Part shown: piece by piece, positions 53,957 to 63,206 of the stretch | Layout: every line of letters starts with the position of its first letter | How positions within the stretch are numbered: position 1 is the stretch's first letter | From: an uncultured Lentisphaeraceae bacterium | Lineage (GTDB): Bacteria; Verrucomicrobiota; Kiritimatiellia; RFP12; DVOR01 | Assembly: GCA_949282555.1 (NCBI GenBank) | Contig: CASDPK010000005.1 | Location: 1-64,000, forward strand | Length of the DNA stretch: 64,000 nt | Reading direction: 5' to 3' | The notes under the pieces: model-generated | What the model saw: the letters and a program-made list of their open reading frames with translations, nothing else | Told to the model about the DNA's origin: nothing | Databases searched by the model: none | Position numbers and translations under genes: made by a program

Positions 53957-54400
53957 TCATTCCTCCTTCAAATCCGCGCGACGCACGCCATCCGAATCCA
54001 CGGAAAGACGCAACCGCAAACGGTGCGGGAACTCTCGGGCCAGCACCGGCCACGCACGCTCCGGCCACTCCACCACCATTCGCGCCCCCCGCTCCAAGGC
54101 ATCCTCCAGCCCAAGGTCATAAAGCCCTTCGGGGGAGGCCAGCCGATAAAGATCGAAGTGGACGAGACTCCCCCCCTCCGGCAACCGATACTCGTTGGCC
54201 AACGTAAACGTGGGGCTCGTCACCGTGCGCGTAACACCATAGATGCGAGCCAGCGCCTGCGTAAACGTGGTCTTGCCCGCGCCCAAATCCCCTTCAAGGA
54301 GCAACACTCCGCCCGGGCGCAACCGCGGCGCGACCTCCGCCGCCAGCGCGGCGGTGTCGGCCAAGGTGTGCAACTCACGGACGAGAGCTTCCATGCTCAC
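53957..54400 (-). CDS. tsaE: tRNA threonylcarbamoyladenosine biosynthesis protein TsaE
   Basis: LLLEGDLGAGKTTFTQALA P-loop. 147 aa. Confidence 0.8.
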   Translation of the reverse strand: MSMEALVRELHTLADTAALAAEVAPRLRPGGVLLLEGDLGAGKTTFTQALARIYGVTRTVTSPTFTLANEYRLPEGGSLVHFDLYRLASPEGLYDLGLEDALERGARMVVEWPERAWPVLAREFPHRLRLRLSVDSDGVRRADLKEE

Positions 54401-54660
54401 ATCACGCGCTCAACGACGATCTCGGGATCGATCTCCTCGCGGAGCACGCGCTCAACGCCGCTCTTGAGGGTCATCATCGCATGAGGGCAGCAACCGCACG
54501 CCCCACGGAGACGCAGGTGGACAACCTTGCCCTCGATATCGATCACTTCCAAATCCCCGCCGTCGGCCTGAAGCATCCCCCGGAGGTCTTCAAGTTTGGC
54601 ACGAATCCGATCATTCAGTTCATTCATGGTCTGCATTCCTTTCGCCCTCCAGTATAGCAA
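54397..54660 (-). CDS. NifU-like (Nfu) Fe-S cluster carrier domain protein
   Basis: About 80 aa with the CGCC motif LRGACGCCPHAM. The start may be an internal Met (MQTMNE). Confidence 0.65.
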   Translation of the reverse strand: MLYWRAKGMQTMNELNDRIRAKLEDLRGMLQADGGDLEVIDIEGKVVHLRLRGACGCCPHAMMTLKSGVERVLREEIDPEIVVERVM

Positions 54661-55396
54661 ACGACGACGCCTTTCGGCCGGCCCAGCTCATCTGATGGGC
54701 CACCCCGAGCATGATGCGCGCGTCAGGATCCGTGCGAACCCCCCGCGAGAAAATCCGCTGGAAACCCTGCATCATGTGGTCGGCCTTCTGTTCATCCATG
54801 AACCCGACATCCAACATCGCGGCCCGCCATTTCCGCATGAGCGCATCCTTGGTGGCCTGAGTCGCGAGCGAGACGGCCTCCTCCACCGGGCTCACGTAGG
54901 CCCCGGTGGCCGTGTAAAGCTCGTAAGCCACGATCAAAAGCGCCTGTGAGAGATTCAGGCTTTGGTAATGCTCATCCACAGGAATGCGAATCAAATGCGT
55001 ACACTGGGCGATTTCATCATTGTGCAATCCCTGATCCTCCCGGCCAAACACGATGGCGACCGGCGCTTGAGTCGCGATTCTAAGGATCTCAGGCGCGAGC
55101 ACACGGGGCGTCTGCACGGTGGCGCGGTAAAGCCCCCCACGCGCAGTCGTGCCGATCACGGCCGCACAATCGGCAATCGCCTCTTGAAGCGTGGCCGTCT
55201 CACGGCGGGCGTCCATGATATCGGTGGCATGAACGGCCATGCGGTGCCCGTCCGACCAGTCATCAAGAATGCGCGGGGCCGCGAGCGTCAGCTGCCGAAG
55301 CCCCATATTGGCCATCGCCCGGCAAACGCTCCCCACATTCCCGGAGTAGAGCGTGCCCACCAACACAATACGGATGTTATCAAGCGGATTCATCAT
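54620..55396 (-). CDS. trmJ: SpoU/TrmH-family RNA 2'-O-methyltransferase (TrmJ-like)
   Basis: IRIVLVGTLYSGNVGSVCRAMANMGL start typical of TrmJ. 258 aa. Confidence 0.7.
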   Translation of the reverse strand: MMNPLDNIRIVLVGTLYSGNVGSVCRAMANMGLRQLTLAAPRILDDWSDGHRMAVHATDIMDARRETATLQEAIADCAAVIGTTARGGLYRATVQTPRVLAPEILRIATQAPVAIVFGREDQGLHNDEIAQCTHLIRIPVDEHYQSLNLSQALLIVAYELYTATGAYVSPVEEAVSLATQATKDALMRKWRAAMLDVGFMDEQKADHMMQGFQRIFSRGVRTDPDARIMLGVAHQMSWAGRKASSFAILEGERNADHE

Positions 55397-56370
55397 TCAA
55401 CGTCCTGAACAATAGGCATAAAGAGCGTTCGCGCCACGGCGGCAATGGCCGCAGGCCAAGCCTCAAGGTCGCGCACAGCAATGGTTTCACGGGGAGAATG
55501 ATTCCCCCGCGTCGGCAGAAGCAAGGGAATCACCGGCATGGCAAGCCCCTGCTGGGGAAAAGCCTTCGCATCCGTACCGGAAAAATTGTACACCTCCGTC
55601 TGCAAAGGAACCCCGCAGGCCAAAAGACGATCCCGCAACGTCGGCGAAAGCAACGCCGAGGCATCGGACAGCGTCACCACAGGCCCCTGCCCCATCGCCA
55701 CGCATTGACGTTCGTTTTCGTACGTCACATCCAGCGCCAACACCGCATCCGCCCGCACATTGCGCGCAAGGACAGACGCCCCGAACCCATTGACCTCCTC
55801 CATCGCCGTGGCGGCCAACACCACATTGAACTCCGCCAACAATGACGCATGGCGCTCATACCATTCCACCAACAAAGCACAAGCAATGCGATTGTCCAAA
55901 AACGGCGACACCACCTGCCCGCCATCGGTCTCCCAATGGGCTTCCCAGCAAAGGCGATCCCCTTTTTGGACGGAAGGGCACGGCTCGGCAAGCGTCACAT
56001 GCAAAGGTTGACGGCGCGTCCATGTGTCCGGGTCTTCCGGCAAACGCAAGCGCCCACGAAAACGGCCAGCGGCGGTCTTCAGCGTCACATCGGCCTCCGT
56101 GGGCTCTATCCCGCCCAGTGCCAGCACCTCCACTTCCGTTGGCGACCACACCGAGCTGACGATAAAACCGGGGCTGTCGGCATGCGCCACCAAAAGCACC
56201 GTGTCTGACTTCTTTCGCTCTCCGGGCGCGGCCGTCACGGCATACGAACCCAACCGCGCGGTGTCCAATCCCTGGGCACGCCACCGGCGCAAGAGCTCTT
56301 GGAAAACCTCCTCCTCGTCTCCGGGGGTCGAATGGAGTGCGCAAAATCGTTTGAGTGTCTCAAGTTCCAT
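55393..56370 (-). CDS. M42-family aminopeptidase / FrvX-like
   Basis: LLVAHADSPGFIV and the metal-binding architecture of M42. Start MELETLK. Confidence 0.6.
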   Translation of the reverse strand: MELETLKRFCALHSTPGDEEEVFQELLRRWRAQGLDTARLGSYAVTAAPGERKKSDTVLLVAHADSPGFIVSSVWSPTEVEVLALGGIEPTEADVTLKTAAGRFRGRLRLPEDPDTWTRRQPLHVTLAEPCPSVQKGDRLCWEAHWETDGGQVVSPFLDNRIACALLVEWYERHASLLAEFNVVLAATAMEEVNGFGASVLARNVRADAVLALDVTYENERQCVAMGQGPVVTLSDASALLSPTLRDRLLACGVPLQTEVYNFSGTDAKAFPQQGLAMPVIPLLLPTRGNHSPRETIAVRDLEAWPAAIAAVARTLFMPIVQDVE

Positions 56371-56420
56371 GGCCCAATAGTATAATATAATCGGTTCTGT
56401 GCGCGCCCCACTCTCCTTCT

Positions 56421-56825
56421 CTAATCCCGAGAAATCACCCTTACCTTCTCTTTGGGAGGGATGCACCAACGACGACAGAAAGATGGAGTATCTCCCGGGT
56501 CCAACGACCAATCCAAAAGGACATCCGTCTTTTTGTCGAACAAATAATGTGGCATTGAAGATGGAAAATGAAAAGGTTTCAACCACCACGGCATACGGTC
56601 GAAATTCAACGCGTAAACGACAATCCGTCTCCCCGCATGCTCGTACTCATAACTGAAGTGGACATCATGCTCATTTTTAGAAAGAAAGGACTGCCTTGTT
56701 TCCCCCTCTGAAGGAGCATAGAGTGCATCACTTCTAAGTGCGGTATAAACACCTCCAAACAAAAAGAAACAACCCATTGCAATCAAAGCAAGGGCACCAC
56801 AACAACTTCTCTTCGAGATTCTCAT
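56421..56825 (-). CDS. Hypothetical lipoprotein, low-GC orphan
   Basis: MRISKRSCCGALALIAMGC lipobox. About 134 aa. Low GC relative to the neighbours. Confidence 0.35.
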   Translation of the reverse strand: MRISKRSCCGALALIAMGCFFLFGGVYTALRSDALYAPSEGETRQSFLSKNEHDVHFSYEYEHAGRRIVVYALNFDRMPWWLKPFHFPSSMPHYLFDKKTDVLLDWSLDPGDTPSFCRRWCIPPKEKVRVISRD

Positions 56826-56983
56826 GAGGGCTCCTCCTTTCGCTCTGCTCACGTTACATTACATCGTATGATTTTTTCGCGTAGATATCAAACAAAAGTG
56901 CCAGCAGACGTTGTCCTGTCCTCGCGCGTTCACACAGAGCACCTACAAACGAACGTGCCGCGTAACCCCCAGGAGCCACGCAC

Positions 56984-57062
56984 GAGAGGCTCCGTATCCG
57001 CCGTGGGGATGCACTATGTCTCAACGTGAGATACGGAGCATCCCGATGGCACATACGGAGCC
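56984..57062. repeat. Second copy of the GAGAGGCTCCGTATC motif with two reverse-complement partners (GAGATACGGAGC, CATACGGAGCC) and a nested GGGGATGC/GCATCCC pair
   Basis: Read directly from the sequence. It lies upstream of folP on the plus strand. Confidence 0.5.
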
Positions 57063-57187
57063 TTCGGAGAAAAGGGGGTCGGGAGAAGAGATCCATCCCC
57101 TTCCGTCTCGATCTTTGAGCGCACGTTTTCGCAGAAACTCGCCCTTTTTACAGGACGTTTTCCCGCCTTTTTGCTATACTTCTGCTT

Positions 57188-58078
57188 ATGCAGAGAAAGG
57201 GGCCAAAAGTTTGGAGTTGTCGAGGACGGACGGTGACGTTCGCCCTGCCTGCGGTGATGGGCATCGTGAATGCGACGCCGGACTCCTTCTATGTGGGCGG
57301 ACGCACCCCAAATCCGGATGAGGCGATTGCCCGCGGATGCCGCCATTTTGCCGACGGCGCCGTCATTTTGGACGTGGGAGGGGAATCCACACGGCCTGGC
57401 GCGGAACCTGTCGCCCCAGACGAAGAGGCCGCGCGCGTGGTGCCGGTGATCCGTGGATTGCGCGCCGCCTGCCCAGAGGCCTTGATCTCCGTGGACACGC
57501 GGCGCACATCGGTGGCACGTGCCGCATTGGAAGCCGGCGCAGACATCATCAACGACGTTTCGGGATGCAATCCGGATGAAGGCATGTGGGATTTGGTGGC
57601 GGCCTCCGGCGCGGGTTATGTGCTGATGCATATGCGCGGCGACCCCAAAACCATGGATTCCCTCACAGACTATGGCGATGTCGAAACGGCGGTGGCGGGG
57701 GCGCTGGTCTCCTGCGCCGCCCGCCTGGAGGCCAAGGGGGCACGCCCCGCACAAATCATGCTTGATTCCGGGCTGGGATTCGCCAAGACGCATCGCGATT
57801 CGCTTCGCCTGCTTGCGGCCACGGAACGCTTTGCGGCGTTGCCCTACCCGTGGTTGGTGGCGGCCTCGCGCAAGCGGTTTTTGGGTGAAATCGCCGGATG
57901 TCCGGATGCCGAAGCCCGCGGCCCTGCCAGCGTGGGGGCGGCGTTGTGGGCCATTGGGCAGGGTGCGGATGCCGTGCGTGTGCATGATGTGCGCGAAACC
58001 GTCCAAGCCATGCGTGTCTTCCTCGCGGCCCAAGCGGTCGCCCAAACGGAGGCGCCAACGCCCGGAGAGGAGGCATAA
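57188..58078 (+). CDS. folP: Dihydropteroate synthase
   Basis: VMGIVNATPDSFYVGG, ILDVGGESTRPGA and the pterin-binding TIM barrel. 296 aa. Confidence 0.85.
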   Translation: MQRKGPKVWSCRGRTVTFALPAVMGIVNATPDSFYVGGRTPNPDEAIARGCRHFADGAVILDVGGESTRPGAEPVAPDEEAARVVPVIRGLRAACPEALISVDTRRTSVARAALEAGADIINDVSGCNPDEGMWDLVAASGAGYVLMHMRGDPKTMDSLTDYGDVETAVAGALVSCAARLEAKGARPAQIMLDSGLGFAKTHRDSLRLLAATERFAALPYPWLVAASRKRFLGEIAGCPDAEARGPASVGAALWAIGQGADAVRVHDVRETVQAMRVFLAAQAVAQTEAPTPGEEA

Positions 58079-58944
58079 TGGGGGCGACGTGGTGGCCGAA
58101 TCTGCAGGATCTCTTCCAGATTTACCTGCTGACGGTGGGATTTTACTACCTTTTCCGTTCGCTTCGGGGAACGCGCGCGGCACAGATGTTGATTGGCGTG
58201 GGGACGCTCTTCTTGGTGATTTTCCTTGTCACGTCCTTCTTGGAGTTGGACGTCATCAACGTGGTGTTGCGGTGGGTTTCGCTCTTCATGTTGCTGGCCC
58301 TGTTGGTGGTCTTCCACCCGGAGTTGCGGCGTGCCTTGGCAATGCTGGGGCGCAACACGTATGTGCAGTTGCTCCAAGGCCGCATTCCCGAAACGCCGGC
58401 CGAGCAACTGGTTCGCGCCGCAAGGAGTTTGGCCAACCGCCGCCTCGGGGCACTGTTGGTGGTGGAGCGCGCGGTTTCGCTGGATCGTTGGTGCGAAACG
58501 GGAACGCCGCTGGATGCCTTGATCAGCGAGGAACTGTTGATTTCCATTTTCACGCCCCCGCTCCCATTGCACGACGGCGCGGTGATCTTAAGGGACAACC
58601 GCGTCCGCGCCGCGCGGTGCATCCTGCCCATCGACAACGAATTGCGACTGGAGGGCGCGGGAACGCGACACCGGGCGGCATTGACGCTCTCCGTGGAATG
58701 TGACGCCTTGATCCTTGTGGTTTCCGAGGAGCGGGGACAAATTTCCGTGGCGCGCGATGGCAATTTGATGCGGGACCTCTCAGACCGCCAGCTTGAACGT
58801 CTTTTGCGGGCGGCTTTCGTCCCCAAAGAGGAGCAACACCGCTTCTTCCCCTATGTGTTCGGCCCACGCCACACGGTGCCTTGGTTCCTGCGCCCCTTCG
58901 TGGGCCGCATGGTCCGGCGGAAAGGAAGTGCGCCCCATGCGTGA
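58078..58944 (+). CDS. cdaA: Diadenylate cyclase CdaA (c-di-AMP synthase)
   Basis: Three N-terminal TM helices, DAC domain motifs DGAVIL and GTRHRAALT. The ATG overlaps the folP stop. Confidence 0.85.
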   Translation: MGATWWPNLQDLFQIYLLTVGFYYLFRSLRGTRAAQMLIGVGTLFLVIFLVTSFLELDVINVVLRWVSLFMLLALLVVFHPELRRALAMLGRNTYVQLLQGRIPETPAEQLVRAARSLANRRLGALLVVERAVSLDRWCETGTPLDALISEELLISIFTPPLPLHDGAVILRDNRVRAARCILPIDNELRLEGAGTRHRAALTLSVECDALILVVSEERGQISVARDGNLMRDLSDRQLERLLRAAFVPKEEQHRFFPYVFGPRHTVPWFLRPFVGRMVRRKGSAPHA

Positions 58945-59977
58945 GTTTTGGAAAGAATGGTTCCCCCGCAGGCAAAAAGCGGCGGGGACGCGGCGTTCCC
59001 CTTTGCGCCGCATCATGAACGATTGGCCATGGAAGCTGGCCGCGCTGGGCGTGGCCCTGATCGTTTTCTTCGGGGTGCGGCGTTCCGTGAGCTACACGCA
59101 AACCTTGACCCTTACGGTCGAGGCCGAAATGACCGATGGCGGGCAGGCGCTCACGGGGTTTGAGCCCGGTGTGGTCGCCGTGACGTTCCGAGGGTCCGAA
59201 GCGGCCATCCGCCGATTGTCCCTCCCCGGCGCCGAACCTCCGCGCGTGCGTTTGCGTCTTCACCAACCGCCGCCGGGCGTCTCTCAGGTGCGTTTGGCCC
59301 TGACGCGGCGCGATGTGTCATGCGACGGCGGCCTGCGCGTGGTCTCCATTGAGCCCGCACATGTGGTGGCCTTCTTCGATTCAAGCGACACACGGGCGCT
59401 GCCGGTGGCCGAACCCGTCATCACCGGGGCGCCGGAAAATGGCACCGTGCGCGTGACCATTGAGCCGCAGACCGTTGAAGTGATCGGTTCCCGGGTGCGC
59501 CTCGACGAACTCACGGCAGGAAACATCCGCCTTGCGACGGCCAACCTGGATGTCTCCAACCGCTCCGAAGGGTTCCAGACCGTTTTGCGCGTGCTTCCGC
59601 CCGACAGTCGCGGCGGATGGACGTTGCGCCCCGACACCGTCCGCGCAGATGTGCGGTTTGTGCGCGAAGATGTCGAGCGGGTGTTTCCGGAGGTCCCGGT
59701 GCAGGTGCTCCAATCCGCTTCGGGCGTGCGCTACCTGCCGGAGACCCCAACGGTTGAAGTGACCGTGTTCGGCCCCCGCCGCGAGTTGGCGACGCTTGAC
59801 CCCGAAAGCGTCGTGGCGCTGGTGGGTGAACCCGAGGAGAAAGCGCCCGGAGCGAATCCGCTGCGCTGTGTCCCCACCATCGTGCTTCCTTGCACCAACC
59901 GTGTGACGCGCGTCTCCGTGCGCCCGGCGAAGGTTTATCTTCGCCCGCTCCCCCAAAAGGAGGAACTCTCCGAATGA
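58937..59977 (+). CDS. cdaR: CdaR-like YbbR-domain regulator of CdaA
   Basis: N-terminal TM, repeated YbbR-like beta domains. The start overlaps the cdaA end, with an AAGGAAG RBS. Confidence 0.65.
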   Translation: MREFWKEWFPRRQKAAGTRRSPLRRIMNDWPWKLAALGVALIVFFGVRRSVSYTQTLTLTVEAEMTDGGQALTGFEPGVVAVTFRGSEAAIRRLSLPGAEPPRVRLRLHQPPPGVSQVRLALTRRDVSCDGGLRVVSIEPAHVVAFFDSSDTRALPVAEPVITGAPENGTVRVTIEPQTVEVIGSRVRLDELTAGNIRLATANLDVSNRSEGFQTVLRVLPPDSRGGWTLRPDTVRADVRFVREDVERVFPEVPVQVLQSASGVRYLPETPTVEVTVFGPRRELATLDPESVVALVGEPEEKAPGANPLRCVPTIVLPCTNRVTRVSVRPAKVYLRPLPQKEELSE

Positions 59978-61365
59978 AGCTTTCCGGAATCCAACGAGGC
60001 TGGTTTTTCGGTGCGCTGTGCTGCGTCTTTCTTGCCGCACTGGCCGCCGTTCTCGCCGATGCCCTGCTGGCGCAGTGGAATCCTGGCGTTGATTTGAGCG
60101 GTTTAGGGGTGGGCCCTGCGCTCTCCGAGCGCGCACAAGCCGTCCTCTCCGACACCTCCGGCACCGTTTCCGCCACCTGCGTGCTACCGACGGAATCACC
60201 CGCCGCGTTGCCCACCGGGCGCCTTCTCCGGGCGCTCGCGCAGGCTTCACGCTCCGTTGCGGGTGCGACGCTTGAAGTCGCGTATGTGGACCCCCGTGTG
60301 GAAGTCGCTGCCGCCGCGCAACTGATGGCCCAGGGGGCAGAAGGGCCGGGTGTGCTTTTGCGCCGTTCCGGACGTGATGTCTTTGTCCCAGAGCGTGCGC
60401 TTTTGGACGATGAGGGGGTCTATGATCCCGCGGAGGCGGAAGGCGCGCTTGTCGCGGCCCTCGCACGGCTTTCCCGTGCCGACGGGGTGACGGTGGGTTG
60501 GTTGACCGGGCACGGCGAACCAAGATTTGACGGCACTGACCCTCAAACAGGCTTTTCCGGGCTCCGCCGAACGTTGGAAAACGAGGGTTTCCGCATTCGG
60601 GAGTTGGCGCTGGACGCGGCTTCGCCCGATGCTTCCATCCCGGAAGACCTTGGCACTTTGGTGATCATGGGGCCGCGTTATCCCGTCACGGCGCCCGAAC
60701 GTGCATTGTTGTCCGATTGGTTGGATCGAGGCGGACGTCTCTTCCTCGCGCTTCCGGCCTCCGGTGACGCAGGGCTCGGGCCCTTGTTGGAGCGATGGGG
60801 CATCCATGCCGGCACCCAGCCGCGGCGTCCCGTCCGAAGGACCGAAGGAGGCGCAGGGCTGACGGATGAGCTCTCCGCGGAGCATCCCGTCACGCGCGAG
60901 CTGGTAACGCATGCACAGCTCACGTTTGTGGCGCCGCGTGCATTGGTCACCGAGAGTGTTCCACACGGCATCGCCGTGACTCCGCTCGTCAAGATGAGAG
61001 TCCGCTCGCTTCCGGATGCGGGAGTGCGAACCAATGAGACCGTCTCCGTGATGATTGCGGCCGAGCGCGGTGGGACGGCGGGGTCCGATTTGGCCTTCCG
61101 ACCCGGGCGTGTGGTCGTGGCGGGCGGAACGGCATTTGCGGAGAATCGCTACGTGCTGAATCATGCTTCGGCGAACCGGGACCTGCTTTCCAACGTCTTC
61201 CGTTGGTTGACGGGCCTCTCGGGAAGCGGTGCGCGCGGAGGCGCCGGCGTGTTGCGTGTGGGGCAGGATGAGCGCGCGTGGCGTGCAGATTTCCTGACCG
61301 TTGCGCTGGGGGTGCCGCTCGTGTTGTGTGCCGGATTGTGGTTGCTGAGCCGGAGGAGGCCATGA
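59974..61365 (+). CDS. GldG-like / ABC-transporter auxiliary-type exported protein
   Basis: N-terminal and C-terminal TM anchors and a large periplasmic domain resembling GldG/ABC_transp_aux. ATGA overlap with cdaR. Confidence 0.45.
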   Translation: MKLSGIQRGWFFGALCCVFLAALAAVLADALLAQWNPGVDLSGLGVGPALSERAQAVLSDTSGTVSATCVLPTESPAALPTGRLLRALAQASRSVAGATLEVAYVDPRVEVAAAAQLMAQGAEGPGVLLRRSGRDVFVPERALLDDEGVYDPAEAEGALVAALARLSRADGVTVGWLTGHGEPRFDGTDPQTGFSGLRRTLENEGFRIRELALDAASPDASIPEDLGTLVIMGPRYPVTAPERALLSDWLDRGGRLFLALPASGDAGLGPLLERWGIHAGTQPRRPVRRTEGGAGLTDELSAEHPVTRELVTHAQLTFVAPRALVTESVPHGIAVTPLVKMRVRSLPDAGVRTNETVSVMIAAERGGTAGSDLAFRPGRVVVAGGTAFAENRYVLNHASANRDLLSNVFRWLTGLSGSGARGGAGVLRVGQDERAWRADFLTVALGVPLVLCAGLWLLSRRRP

Positions 61366-63206
61366 GATTCGGACGGAACATTGTCATTCTTTCGGTGCTG
61401 GTATGTGCGCTGGCGGGGATCTTGCTGGCTCTTCGGCTGTGGCGTCCCGAGGCTCCGTTGCAGGGCGGCGATCCCCTTTTCCCCATGCCGGTGGAAACCA
61501 TTGTCGGCGTGACGTGGGACACCAAAGATGCAGAGGGGCATCGCGTGCCAATGGAGTTGCGGCGTGAGGGTGAACTGTGGAGGATGACGCGGCCCTACGC
61601 CGGAGCCGTCTGTGACGTTGCCGCCGTCGCGGACCTTTTGGATGCGGCCCAAGCCTTGCGTGTGACGGCTCGCCTTGGGGGGCAAACCGTGACCGACTTC
61701 CGCCCAGACCGCCAATTGACATTGCGCACCGCTGATGGGGCACGCACGTGCGGTTTTGGCGAAGTTTTGCCGATGCGTCTTTCCGAGACGTTGGCAGAGA
61801 TTCGCGGATCATTGGTTTCCGTCGAGGCCACCGCTGTGGCCAGGCTTCCAGTTCATGCCGCGACGCTCCGATCGCGCGCGGTATTGCCCGTGGCCCCCGA
61901 ACGGTTGCTTTCATTGGAGTGGCGTGCGCCAGGGCGCCCATTTACGCGTGCCCAACGAATGACAAACGGCAACTGGAGCGTCACACAGCCGTTTCCCTTT
62001 GAAGTCAAGGCCAGTGAGGCGCTTGAGGCATTGAGTGCCCTGACGGAAGCACGCGCGATCGCGGCCTATGTTCTGCCGGCAGATAACGATGCGTTCACGC
62101 CGGAAGGTTATGCTCGCCCCTGCCCCACTTCGGAATCGGCTCTCGCGGGATACGGACTTGATGAGGAAAGTGCCATCCGTGTTGCCGTACACATACGTGG
62201 CCTCGGAGAAACCACGACCCTTCGATTTGGGGCAGAGGACCCCGAACGGCCAGGACATGTGTTTTGTTTGCTCAACGGCATGCAAGCCGTGGTTTCCGTT
62301 CCTGCCGCACTGCGTGAGCTCTTTGGTGCGCAAGGGCCTTTTGTCACAGACTATCGTGACCTTCCGGTGTTGGGAGACGCAGAACTTTTCGATCGCTTGA
62401 TTTTCCGTGCAGGATCTGCGGATGCGCCAACGGAATTGACTCGGACGCGTGCCGGATGGGCCATGACGCTTCCGATAAACCTTCCGGCAGATAGTGTAAC
62501 CGTGCGAAACCTCTTGAGAGGCTTGGCCTCACTTACCGGGGATTTGACCGGGACAGAGCAACCGAAGGACGAGGCTCTTTGTCTGCTGACGCTTGATCGC
62601 GCTTCCGGTGGTTCTCCCGTGGAGCTTCTCCTTTACCCAGAGAAGAGCAACGGAGATTTGTTGTTGGCCTATCGTGCAGATTTGCATCGGCTCTACCGTG
62701 TGCGCCGAGAGGCCATACCGGAAATCCTGTTGCGGGGAGGTTTTGCCCATGCGCTGGCGGATCGTACCGTTCTCGCTGAGCCGGCCGCCGGCATTCGCCG
62801 AATCACGGTGCTTCGCCGTGATGGGTCGCAGATCTCGGTGGTGCGGCCGGGAGCCTCACTCGTTTGGGAGACCGAAAAGCCCAAGGGTGCCTATATCAAT
62901 CCGACCCTCCTTGATGCCTGGCTGACACAGTTTGCGGACCTCAAAGCAGTGCGTGTGCTACGTGGCGTGCCTACGGCTTTCGGTGCCCTGAGATCTTACG
63001 GCCTTGACCGTCCGTTGTTGCGGTTAACCCTCGATCTCGAAGGAGAAGCAGGGCTTCGACGGGTACTGTTGGTGGGGGATCCCGATCCTCAGACTGGCGT
63101 TGCGCCCGCATGGGTTCAAGGCCGTCCTATTCTATACGAACTTGATGCCGAAACAGTCGCCCTGCTAAGTCGCCCCATTGTCAATCAGGAGAATATGGAC
63201 AAATGA
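61362..63206 (+). CDS. DUF4340-like protein (usual partner of GldG-like proteins)
   Basis: N-terminal TM, a 614-aa periplasmic repeat architecture. ATGA overlap with the upstream gene. Confidence 0.4.
   Translation: MRFGRNIVILSVLVCALAGILLALRLWRPEAPLQGGDPLFPMPVETIVGVTWDTKDAEGHRVPMELRREGELWRMTRPYAGAVCDVAAVADLLDAAQALRVTARLGGQTVTDFRPDRQLTLRTADGARTCGFGEVLPMRLSETLAEIRGSLVSVEATAVARLPVHAATLRSRAVLPVAPERLLSLEWRAPGRPFTRAQRMTNGNWSVTQPFPFEVKASEALEALSALTEARAIAAYVLPADNDAFTPEGYARPCPTSESALAGYGLDEESAIRVAVHIRGLGETTTLRFGAEDPERPGHVFCLLNGMQAVVSVPAALRELFGAQGPFVTDYRDLPVLGDAELFDRLIFRAGSADAPTELTRTRAGWAMTLPINLPADSVTVRNLLRGLASLTGDLTGTEQPKDEALCLLTLDRASGGSPVELLLYPEKSNGDLLLAYRADLHRLYRVRREAIPEILLRGGFAHALADRTVLAEPAAGIRRITVLRRDGSQISVVRPGASLVWETEKPKGAYINPTLLDAWLTQFADLKAVRVLRGVPTAFGALRSYGLDRPLLRLTLDLEGEAGLRRVLLVGDPDPQTGVAPAWVQGRPILYELDAETVALLSRPIVNQENMDK

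Noticed and set aside
56854-57096. 80-aa minus-strand ORF covering the second palindromic element
   Set aside because: It overlaps the structured repeat. Arg/Ser-rich with no RBS, so more likely noncoding.
57014-58183. 389-aa minus-strand ORF
   Set aside because: Antisense to folP and cdaA.
59381-61164. 380-aa and 305-aa minus-strand ORFs
   Set aside because: Antisense to the cdaR and GldG-like genes. Arg-rich artefacts.
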